A stretch of 51,512 bases of DNA from a virus. Its lineage: Duplodnaviria > Caudoviricetes. Shown piece after piece: positions 44,070-51,512 of this stretch. The notes beneath the pieces were generated by a model. That model made no database searches. It had not been told where the DNA came from and was given only the letters and a program-made list of their open reading frames with translations. The stretch spans positions 1 through 51,512 of the IMG/VR virus record IMGVR_UViG_3300006918_000003, one strand, 5' to 3'. Positions within the stretch are counted from its first letter, which is position 1. Each line of letters opens with the position of its first letter. The position numbers were made by a program, and so were the translations under genes.

Positions 44070-45100
44070 TATGGCTTCCTAATAAGAGCACCAGACATAA
44101 ATGCAGAGGTTACGCTTACTGTTGTTCCTGTTGCATATACATATAACTCTACATAATCAGTAGAGCCATTAAGATAAATAATAGTCGAGATGACAGGAGC
44201 AAAGCAATCGACGTTAGCCGCCGCCGCTGCATTCAATTGTGATCCCCGCTTCTCTGTAACTCCATTTTTATATACAGCCACATAACCTACTAGGAGAGGG
44301 AATCCTATTAAATTTACCATCCCGTTTATTTGGTAATAACCAGCAACAGTTGGGGTGAACCTGTTTGTTGAAAAGTTTGAATCAGTATCAAATTCCTCAC
44401 CTCCAATCGTAACCTTCGTAAGTACAGCAGATGAAAGTGATTGGGATGTAGTAGAATTTGCTCCGAAAGAAGGGCCATAGGATAATCCTAAAGCTGTTCT
44501 TGCTCCTTCTGCGGTAGTCGAACCGTGACCCCCACTAGCAATCGCAATAGGAGTTGTAAATGTTTTAACCCCAGAGATACTTTCATCCCCTGTGGTAGAA
44601 ACAGCCCCAATAACACTCCTAGCATCTGCTGCGCTGGCAGTAGCTAATAGCCCTTGCATAAAGCTGGTACTCTCAACCCAAGAAGCAACTGATCCATTTG
44701 TAGTAAGTAGATAATAAGCCTTACCAGTTTGGGTGGGCAGGGATGCAGACGAGGCTACAACTTGCCATTTTCCGGCAGATAGATCAGTTGCAAATGTCCC
44801 AGAAGTATGGGCTTCAATACAGATATAAGACGAGTTACTATTCTCAACTGTATCCCCCACAGTATATGCAGTAGCAGTTATCCACGGGCCTTCCCAATTA
44901 AAGCCAGAAACAGTAATAGGATTGGCTAGGTTGAGAATCATATTACCATTCATATCCAAATTAGCATTCATATGATTTGGAGATGCCCCATTACGGGATA
45001 TGGTGTTTTCAAATGCCTCTTCTATTGTAGTGTTATTAGCATTAATAGCACTAGCAGAAGCAAATCCAGAAGTGATATCATTCAGTGTAACTTTTGACAT
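44069..45100 (-). CDS. Tail fibre protein with CBM5/12-like module and C1q/TNF-like tip
   Basis: WITATAYTVGDTV...YICIEAHTS...W; C-terminal RFTPTVAGYYQIN...LNGSTDYVELYV. Confidence 0.72.
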   Translation of the reverse strand: MSKVTLNDITSGFASASAINANNTTIEEAFENTISRNGASPNHMNANLDMNGNMILNLANPITVSGFNWEGPWITATAYTVGDTVENSNSSYICIEAHTSGTFATDLSAGKWQVVASSASLPTQTGKAYYLLTTNGSVASWVESTSFMQGLLATASAADARSVIGAVSTTGDESISGVKTFTTPIAIASGGHGSTTAEGARTALGLSYGPSFGANSTTSQSLSSAVLTKVTIGGEEFDTDSNFSTNRFTPTVAGYYQINGMVNLIGFPLLVGYVAVYKNGVTEKRGSQLNAAAAANVDCFAPVISTIIYLNGSTDYVELYVYATGTTVSVTSAFMSGALIRKP

Positions 45101-45363
45101 TATCTAGCCTCTCTCTTTTTTCGTAATGCTTCTTTACGTAAGTTCGCCTTAGCAGAGATTACCCTAACATTCTTTTTACTATTAGAGCCTCCTTCTGTTA
45201 GAGGCTTAATATGATCGGCTTGTCTAGAATCACCTACCTTTAATCCAGCTTCTTTCCTAGCCTTATTACGTTCAGCCCTATCCTTAGCACGACCGGGCTT
45301 ATGCTTGTGTTCCCATTCGAGTTCTTTCTTATAATCTCGTTTTCCATTCTTCATGAAAGGCAT
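45100..45363 (-). CDS. Small basic HNH endonuclease
   Basis: DHIKPLTEGGSNSKKNVRVISAKAN. Confidence 0.78.
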   Translation of the reverse strand: MPFMKNGKRDYKKELEWEHKHKPGRAKDRAERNKARKEAGLKVGDSRQADHIKPLTEGGSNSKKNVRVISAKANLRKEALRKKREAR

Positions 45364-46553
45364 TACTGTCCTGCTCCTGTAAGTGAAATCCTTGAACTGA
45401 TTGTGACAATAACAGTGTTCGATTCTATTGGGGCACTCCCACTAAAACTAACTTGTCCTATAGGCAACTGAATATGACTCTTTATTAGTTTACTACTACC
45501 TGTAAAGTCTATTCCACCTGTAGGGGTGATAATGTAGGATATGGCTCCTGAGAGGGAGGCTGTGCCGCTCAATATGAAGCCTCCAGAAGCCCCGATTACT
45601 TTGCTCTTGATAGGTAGGGCTTCCCCACTAAAATTAATGCCTCCTAGAGGCTGTAGGAGCTTCTCCTTAATCATATTACTACTTCCTGATAATGTTACAT
45701 TTCCAGAAGGTAATATAATCTTATTCTTTATTGATACAGCAGTTCCACTAAAGTTTATAACTCCTGCGGGTAGGAATACTTTAGTCTTTATAACAGGGGC
45801 TAATCCTGATAAAGCTAACTGTCCACTAGGATTTATTGTATAACTACTAATGGCAGTTGAGGTAGACCATAACCTCCTATCAATCCTCTCTAATGCAAGT
45901 TGAGTTGGGGGAGAGTAACGAAATGGTTTAGTCCCTGTGGGTGTCCATTTAGAGGCTCCAATGGAGTCCCGTGTATTGTAATCTAAATCAAGATAGTGCA
46001 TTAATGCATCTGGGCGTATTGTCCTTGGATCAATTCCACGTTGTAATGCATAGAATTGGGCATCAGTAAGTATAGTTCTCCATACAACTAATTGGGCGAA
46101 AAGCCCATCCCAACCCCGTATAGCATCAGATGCCCTGTTGCCGAGGCACCACGCTGCTGATGATGTGGGCCAAGCCATTTCAGGCCCATCTCTTGTTACC
46201 CCACCACCTGATGTAAGCTTCTCGCCTGATTGGTAGACAGTCGGCGTATTTGAAGAAGAGGTTGTATCAACAGAAAATCCGGTCGGATGCCATCCTCCTG
46301 AAGCGGGTCGTGCCCATCTATATCGTGTATCAGCGGCAGAGTTTAAACCTAGTGCATAAGTGGATGCTGTATTAGGATTGTTATTGAAGAAGAGGAAGCT
46401 CCCCCTGTCAAAGATACGCCCTAACCCACCACCGCCCTCACCATTCCTATTAATCCAGATGTGAAAACTGAGTTGGGTAGGGAGTGCCTCTGATGGCCCT
46501 GTCACTCTATCAGAAGAGCCAGACCCTTTAACTGATCCAAATCCTAATGACAT
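45363..46553 (-). CDS. LamG/concanavalin A-like domain protein with ~20-aa repeats
   Basis: SFHIWI, GRIFDR, WCLGNR...WDGLFAQLVVWRTILT; seven PxGxxxxSG repeats in the C-terminal part. Confidence 0.65.
   Translation of the reverse strand: MSLGFGSVKGSGSSDRVTGPSEALPTQLSFHIWINRNGEGGGGLGRIFDRGSFLFFNNNPNTASTYALGLNSAADTRYRWARPASGGWHPTGFSVDTTSSSNTPTVYQSGEKLTSGGGVTRDGPEMAWPTSSAAWCLGNRASDAIRGWDGLFAQLVVWRTILTDAQFYALQRGIDPRTIRPDALMHYLDLDYNTRDSIGASKWTPTGTKPFRYSPPTQLALERIDRRLWSTSTAISSYTINPSGQLALSGLAPVIKTKVFLPAGVINFSGTAVSIKNKIILPSGNVTLSGSSNMIKEKLLQPLGGINFSGEALPIKSKVIGASGGFILSGTASLSGAISYIITPTGGIDFTGSSKLIKSHIQLPIGQVSFSGSAPIESNTVIVTISSRISLTGAGQ
45417..45842 (-). repeat. Seven degenerate ~60-nt coding repeats
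   Basis: For example TKVFLPAGVINFSGTAVSIK / NKIILPSGNVTLSGSSNMIK / EKLLQPLGGINFSGEALPIK. Confidence 0.75.
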
Positions 46554-47069
46554 TTATACAGATTGCCTTTGAATTCGATAATAATGGAAGTAATGATTTC
46601 CTGCTGTCGAATCGAGTGCCGCTACCGAATCATGGGTAACAAATAAACCCCAATACGGGGGAAGAACCCATCCAAATCGTTGTGCTATACTAGTGGGAGG
46701 CATAAATAAATTCCTGCCTGTAGTAGCATCCGTGGTAGCAGACCATAGATAGAGTAGTGAAGATATTGCAACATTCTCTGACGTCATCGTTTTAGCTGCG
46801 TCAGTTCCAGTAATACTGTCAGGATAGGTAGGGACTCCACTAGCTACCTTTACAGGAGCATAGACATAAACAGATACAGTCTTAGAGGCTGTAGGAGTGG
46901 TGCCAAGCTTTATGACTCCACTCACCATATGGTCTAGGTCTACGTTAGTAGTATTATCAACAGCGGTAGATGCCCTACCCGCCCAAGCAGTAGAAGATGC
47001 TAGAGAGGATATATCACATGTAATAGCAACTGAGTCTGTTGCTGGATACTTTATCTTAAAGTCAGCCAT
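46554..47069 (-). CDS. Putative virion structural protein
   Basis: Ala/Thr/Ser-rich beta protein in the structural block. Confidence 0.55.
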   Translation of the reverse strand: MADFKIKYPATDSVAITCDISSLASSTAWAGRASTAVDNTTNVDLDHMVSGVIKLGTTPTASKTVSVYVYAPVKVASGVPTYPDSITGTDAAKTMTSENVAISSLLYLWSATTDATTGRNLFMPPTSIAQRFGWVLPPYWGLFVTHDSVAALDSTAGNHYFHYYRIQRQSV

Positions 47070-47374
47070 TAGACCGCCTGTGCAAAGACATTCACCGCTG
47101 AATTTACAGCATTCTGTACTGTAGTATCATCAGCCGTTAATATTTGAGTAAGAGTAAATGTTCGATTCTGAGCTAACACAGGCCAAAGCATCTTCTGTCC
47201 TGCTACAGTAGGATCAGCAAATACTGTCTTCGCCCATGCTAGGCGATTTACGTGATTAGTAGTGGTATCAGCTTCTAACATTACAGTTGTAGCTGCGACT
47301 ACAGTTGCTACCCTAACCTTATTGATTAGGGTTTCATTCTCAGCCGCAGTCAATAACTCAGCATAAGTAGCCAT
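47069..47374 (-). CDS. Putative virion-associated protein
   Basis: 101-aa ORF, translationally coupled. Confidence 0.55.
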   Translation of the reverse strand: MATYAELLTAAENETLINKVRVATVVAATTVMLEADTTTNHVNRLAWAKTVFADPTVAGQKMLWPVLAQNRTFTLTQILTADDTTVQNAVNSAVNVFAQAV

Positions 47375-47375
47375 A

Positions 47376-47777
47376 TTAATCCGCCGATAGAGTTGGGGTT
47401 ATCTTTACGTTGTCTCCATTGTTTGCTATTGTAAAAGGAGCCGAAGCATCTCGCTCAGCATAAAGGAGAATCCCAGAAACAGCTTGTACAACGTAGTAAC
47501 CGTAAATACTATTACTAGTAGCCCCACCATTATGAGTAAAAGTTTGCTGAGAACCGTACGTAATTGACCCACTAGCTGCTGCTCCCCAAGAAGCCCCGGC
47601 CAATGCAATTGCAGCATATCCAGAGAAGGTGGCTTCTGTATATGTAGCTGCTGTATCTGTTTCAGCAGGAGTTGTGTTAGATTGAAATAGTTTAAGTGAA
47701 AGGTTCTGGGGAGCAGTCTTGTTAACAATCATCTCCAATATCAGATTCTCACCTACATCCGGAACTAATAGAGCCAT
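47376..47777 (-). CDS. Putative virion structural (tail-fibre-associated) protein
   Basis: LKLFQSNTTPAETDT...ATFSGYA...IYGYYV...NGDNVKITP pattern. Confidence 0.6.
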   Translation of the reverse strand: MALLVPDVGENLILEMIVNKTAPQNLSLKLFQSNTTPAETDTAATYTEATFSGYAAIALAGASWGAAASGSITYGSQQTFTHNGGATSNSIYGYYVVQAVSGILLYAERDASAPFTIANNGDNVKITPTLSAD

Positions 47778-48058
47778 TAGAAATACCCCAAGTTAGCTGC
47801 AACTTCTTTAGTAATTTTTCTACGGAAGATAGGAATCTCATTAAATTTAGCTTGACGCAGAGAAACTGTAGGGTATATCTTACTAGCAACAGTAAGCCCC
47901 TTCTCATCTGTCAAATGTACTTCAGATTCAACTCCAAGTTTAAAGATAATGCCTATTCCGTCTGGGGACATGACCCACATGTTATTACGCCAATTCAGAA
48001 GCTCAAGAGGGACATTATCTTTCTTAGGGGCTTCTTTTCCTTTAAACCATCCAAACAT
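47777..48058 (-). CDS. Hypothetical protein
   Basis: ATG 48058 with GAGGA RBS preferred over TTG 48070. Confidence 0.6.
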   Translation of the reverse strand: MFGWFKGKEAPKKDNVPLELLNWRNNMWVMSPDGIGIIFKLGVESEVHLTDEKGLTVASKIYPTVSLRQAKFNEIPIFRRKITKEVAANLGYF

Positions 48059-48059
48059 A

Positions 48060-48395
48060 TTATTCCTCAATATAAGTAATCATTACACCAGTTGCAGTAG
48101 CAACTGAGAGATTAATATTCAATGCCTCTCCTACTTCTGTATTAAACCATCCATACGAATTATATGGAAGGACGAACCCACCGTTTGCTCCTAGTGGCAT
48201 AGTTGCCCCTATTTGGGTTGCACCACTAAGGAACTTAATGTCATTTGACAGCTTAGAAATAACAGCTAGAGAAAGGACATTAATCTGTTTCCCTGTAACT
48301 GCTGGTACTACCTGATTACTACCAAGTGTACTAGTGTCCAGTGAGACATTCTTTACAGGGATATTAGGTATATCCATTACACTACGTTGAGCCAT
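48060..48395 (-). CDS. Putative structural beta-sandwich protein
   Basis: AAGGAAGG RBS; 111 aa. Confidence 0.55.
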   Translation of the reverse strand: MAQRSVMDIPNIPVKNVSLDTSTLGSNQVVPAVTGKQINVLSLAVISKLSNDIKFLSGATQIGATMPLGANGGFVLPYNSYGWFNTEVGEALNINLSVATATGVMITYIEE

Positions 48396-48403
48396 ACCTT
48401 CCT

Positions 48404-49624
48404 TTATATTATAATTAGACCTGTGTTTGTATAACAGGCGAGTCTTCCATCACTCAGCATAGAGACTGATTGGAATGATCCATTCAGCAATAGGTTTCTT
48501 ACTTCTTCTCTATACCCCATAGCCTCGCTTAGGTTAATCCCCATTGTGGTATGGTCGTATTGATAGTAGATCGTTCTGGAGATTCCTTTAGAAGCCTGAA
48601 TAACCATACTACGTGCAATGAACTTCTTAGAATCATATCCAGTCATTGCCGAGATTTCAGGGCTTAATGGAGCACTTTCTGTGTCCCATGTCTCTTTAGA
48701 AGAAACTCCGGCTGTAGTTTTAGCAGCATCTACCCTATCAATTATACCCGGAAGATTTGTGATATGATTGCCTGATATATACATATGCACGGCAACAATA
48801 TCTACCCAATCCTTCATAGTTCCAGTGGCTCCGTCGCTAGCTGCCATCATACTTGTGAAGTAAGTCTCAGCACTACCACCAGCCGAAGAAGACCATGATA
48901 CTAATGGAGGAGATAAAACCTTAGCCGTAGGGTCAATAGCCTTAATCGTCTGATTTGCACGACGAACCATTTCTGACAGTTTGGCGTGAGTTCCTGAGAA
49001 GAAGAAGGCAGTACCAGTAGTTCCAGTCGGCCCTGTCCCATTACTGTTTAAATTTGGTTCATTCCATACCTCGTAATACTTAATCTTACCAAGATAACGA
49101 GTTGCAATCTTAGCACAGTATCTATCCCAATGTGCCATGTCTAAGGGCTCGGCTTGAATCCCAAGATTGTATGGGCCAAATATCCCTTCTTCAGATTGCC
49201 TTGCTGATGCCCAAGTTGGAGTACCAAATAGGGTGAATACTATATCTCTTCCTGCGATATGGTGGGCATCTACCCATTCATCTATTGTATCAAAATCCCA
49301 TACATTATTACTTGTTTCTATATATTGCCAACGGCCTTTACCATCCTTTATGTCATGAGAACGAGCAGTTCCAAATGAAACCCCTATCGGATTACTATCA
49401 TTGTCTCGTTGATAGACATGCATCCCAAAGAAGTTTGGAAGAACCCTTACTTGTGTAGAAGATAGGACTGTTACAGGTAGATTAGGTATAGCAAGTACGT
49501 TAGCGTCTAGTGAGGAGAAGTCCTCATCTACACAGAAGGTAGCTCTTGATCCAACAAAGTGACCCCCATAATGCTTTGTGGGGTATGTGGATGCTCTACC
49601 ATTAGCAATAACATAATCAGTCAT
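48404..49624 (-). CDS. Clan GH-A glycoside hydrolase (GH39/GH5-like), putative polysaccharide depolymerase
   Basis: FFGMH, GTPTWAS, YYEVWNEPN (acid/base Glu), VAVHMY, WDTES (nucleophile Glu). ATG 49624 overlapping the upstream stop preferred over 49654. Confidence 0.8.
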   Translation of the reverse strand: MTDYVIANGRASTYPTKHYGGHFVGSRATFCVDEDFSSLDANVLAIPNLPVTVLSSTQVRVLPNFFGMHVYQRDNDSNPIGVSFGTARSHDIKDGKGRWQYIETSNNVWDFDTIDEWVDAHHIAGRDIVFTLFGTPTWASARQSEEGIFGPYNLGIQAEPLDMAHWDRYCAKIATRYLGKIKYYEVWNEPNLNSNGTGPTGTTGTAFFFSGTHAKLSEMVRRANQTIKAIDPTAKVLSPPLVSWSSSAGGSAETYFTSMMAASDGATGTMKDWVDIVAVHMYISGNHITNLPGIIDRVDAAKTTAGVSSKETWDTESAPLSPEISAMTGYDSKKFIARSMVIQASKGISRTIYYQYDHTTMGINLSEAMGYREEVRNLLLNGSFQSVSMLSDGRLACYTNTGLIII

Positions 49625-50207
49625 TGCCGGGGTAGTACCAAACAGAATAGCCAATTAAGGTTATTGTTTCACTTGCAACTAGTGCTTCCCATCTAGCCGG
49701 GAAATCAATTACTACATCTTGTGATGTATCTTGTGCTTGGTCTGTAAGGCGAGAGGCTGCACCATACGTAGTATGATTATGAATCGCCTGTGCACTTAAG
49801 CTATTCTTATTTGCTATCTCAACTAGATACTTTGCCCCTAGAAGAGTAGTCACTGTTGCAGAAGATATCTGATTCCCACCCCAATTAATTGTAAGGCGTT
49901 TGTTATTAGCTGATCCTGTATATGACCAGTCTACCACAATACGCAATACACCATTGGTTCCCATTAGCCCACCGGGAACTGTGACAGATGCAAGGGCTAC
50001 ATAATCTGTGTCAACAACAGCCCCTACGCCATTTGTAGATTCCCTTGTGACGGGAGAGTATGATTGTGAAACAAGAAATGGAATCTTTAAGGTAGAGCCA
50101 GTGGGCGATACGAGTCCTTGTACTTGTCCTGTTTCAGTCTCTTCAAAGACAGCAACAGAGTCTAGACCCCCATCACCCAATCTATCATTAATTGATTTCG
50201 TTGCCAT
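49617..50207 (-). CDS. Putative virion structural protein
   Basis: AAAGGA RBS; beta-rich; VPGGLMGTNGVLRI. Confidence 0.55.
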   Translation of the reverse strand: MATKSINDRLGDGGLDSVAVFEETETGQVQGLVSPTGSTLKIPFLVSQSYSPVTRESTNGVGAVVDTDYVALASVTVPGGLMGTNGVLRIVVDWSYTGSANNKRLTINWGGNQISSATVTTLLGAKYLVEIANKNSLSAQAIHNHTTYGAASRLTDQAQDTSQDVVIDFPARWEALVASETITLIGYSVWYYPGND

Positions 50208-50209
50208 TA

Positions 50210-50740
50210 TTATCCTTTAGCTATACGAAGACCCATACGTTCTATATCAGATTCTAATTCTCTATCTAGACCAGCAGCTATTTTCTTTTCACGTTCTACT
50301 TCATCCTTCGATGGTCTTCCACGCTTACTTGTATAACCTGCCTCTGCGAGGTATTTGGAGGCATTAGCTCCTGCGGCGTTTGGCTCTTTGGCTGTTCGCA
50401 TGAGGAGTCGTATGGCATTAGCCTTATTCTTGATTTCGAGTTCGTTTCTCCATTCAGCAAATATGGAGCGAAGCCCACTATTATTAAGCTTAACCCAATG
50501 ATCCCATGACCCAAAACACGCAGTGGCGAACTCATATTCAAATCCCGGTATATGATCGTAGGAGAAGTATATCTTCTTCAATGAAGGATAGAGTACTCCA
50601 TCAACAACAACGTCCTCATCTTTCCAAGACCATAAGGGTTGAAGTTCAGGGGAAGGTCTCTCAATGAATAGACTATAGGTGCGATAACGCCCTAGATGGT
50701 CTTTCAATTGATTTGTAGTATTCTCAGGTACATTCAACAT
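50210..50740 (-). CDS. terS: Terminase small subunit (putative)
   Basis: EYEFA...GSWDHW, ASKYL, KRGRPSK; first large gene of the late arm. Confidence 0.65.
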   Translation of the reverse strand: MLNVPENTTNQLKDHLGRYRTYSLFIERPSPELQPLWSWKDEDVVVDGVLYPSLKKIYFSYDHIPGFEYEFATACFGSWDHWVKLNNSGLRSIFAEWRNELEIKNKANAIRLLMRTAKEPNAAGANASKYLAEAGYTSKRGRPSKDEVEREKKIAAGLDRELESDIERMGLRIAKG

Positions 50741-50743
50741 AAC

Positions 50744-50821
50744 TTACCTTTCGGCTGGGCCGGGAGTTATCCACCATTCACCAGTTCCGGGAGTCCATTT
50801 CCATTTGCCGGGAATCATCAT
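50744..50821 (-). CDS. 25-aa Trp/Pro/Gly-rich peptide (not in ORF track)
   Basis: MMIPGKWKWTPGTGEWWITPGPAER; its end (AAGG-TAA) supplies the terS RBS. Confidence 0.4.
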   Translation of the reverse strand: MMIPGKWKWTPGTGEWWITPGPAER

Positions 50822-50991
50822 TATATTTTTCTCAGAAGATTTACATCGTATTCGTTCTTTCAGAAGAATACTCTGTTATTTGCAGTCTTCAAACAGAAGA
50901 CACACTATGCCTCGTTATAAACATAATGTTCTTGTTTGTTTTCTTTCTTTTTATTTATTCTTTAATTTCATAATATTTACTAAACAAGAAT

Positions 50992-51020
50992 ATTATACCA
51001 TATTTTTACTTGTTTTACAA
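50992..51020 (-). promoter_or_regulatory. Sigma70-type promoter for the late arm
   Basis: Minus strand TTGTAA-17 nt-TATAAT with extended TG-n (ATGGTATAAT). Confidence 0.8.
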
Positions 51021-51029
51021 TGTAGAATA

Positions 51030-51445
51030 TGATATACCCTATGCTCACAGCTTCTTATGTGAGCTGTCTATCAGCGAACATAGTATATTAGTTCTATACG
51101 GTGTCTTCTATCTATAGTGCTATAGCTCGATTATAGATATTTCTATGAGAAAATGTATAGTTGTAATGCACTATAAAATCAATACCCCTATCCCCCTATG
51201 ACCCCATTGACTATTAATTAATAATATAAATATAAATAATAACTATTATCATTAGCATTGGCTATTAATAATGATTATGATTATCATTAGCATTATTATT
51301 AGTTGTATCAATTCCATTACCATTCATTCACCTATAGAAGATATAGCTATACGCTTATGACTATTAAGTCTTAGCATTACGGTGTGGTTTGTACTACGCA
51401 TGCATGAATACGAGACTAGTTAGTACGGCATTAGTCATAATGCCC
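51030..51445. other. Non-coding AT-rich region between divergent promoters; likely genome termini/origin
   Basis: No credible ORFs; TTATCATTAGCATT x2 (51246, 51281), CCCCTA/CCCCAT triplet, repeated TATAG, and hairpins at 51043-64 and 51427-44. Confidence 0.55.
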
Positions 51446-51484
51446 TTACAAGTAATTCTTGTAGCCATTACAAGTAATTCTTGT
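51446..51484. repeat. Tandem 17-bp palindromic repeats (operator-like)
   Basis: TTACAAGTAATTCTTGT at 51446-62 and 51468-84; 22-bp period; ACAAG-n5-CTTGT dyad. Confidence 0.8.
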
Positions 51485-51485
51485 C

Positions 51486-51512
51486 TTGACAAGGTCGGTC
51501 AATAGGAGTATA
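51486..51512 (+). promoter_or_regulatory. Early sigma70-type promoter spanning the window junction
   Basis: TTGACA(51486-91)-17 nt-TATA(51509-12), completed by GT at positions 1-2 to give TATAGT. Confidence 0.7.

Noticed and set aside
50696-51032. Plus-strand ORFs 50696-50920 and 50805-51032
   Set aside because: Low-complexity antisense frames over the late promoter and leader, without RBS.
51030-51512. tRNA, CRISPR array or terminal direct repeat
   Set aside because: No cloverleaf or T-loop motif; repeats occur only twice with no spacer-sized gaps; the ends share only the RBS-like AGGAGTATA.

Overview
The window is essentially one complete AT-rich lytic podovirus genome, with architecture resembling Zobellviridae (VpV262/SIO1/PA11-like); the family assignment is an inference. 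Two convergent arms meet at a bidirectional terminator (~23852-23887). The + strand arm carries early genes, a phiEco32-like peptide-ligase/amidotransferase cluster, separate primase and helicase, ThyX, a family-A DNA polymerase split into two genes, SSB, exonucleases and a B12-dependent class II RNR. The - strand arm carries TerS, accessory tail/adhesion genes including a clan GH-A glycoside hydrolase, lysis genes with embedded Rz/Rz1 spanins, TerL, portal, scaffold, capsid, tail and ejection proteins. I saw no RNA polymerase, integrase, tRNA or CRISPR array; promoters are sigma70-like. A promoter completed only by joining the two ends suggests a circular assembly. The top finding is a complete type I hammerhead ribozyme (1428-1500) overprinted on the end of an early gene. 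It lies between two RNase III-like long hairpins, suggesting mixed ribozyme/RNase III processing of the early transcript. Other notable points are apparent CCWGG avoidance, a methyltransferase-like gene with an ATA start next to a relic duplicate of its neighbour's 5' end, degenerate SLOG and HNH paralogues, and tandem operator-like palindromes at the early promoter. All calls come from reading motifs by eye; no searches were run.
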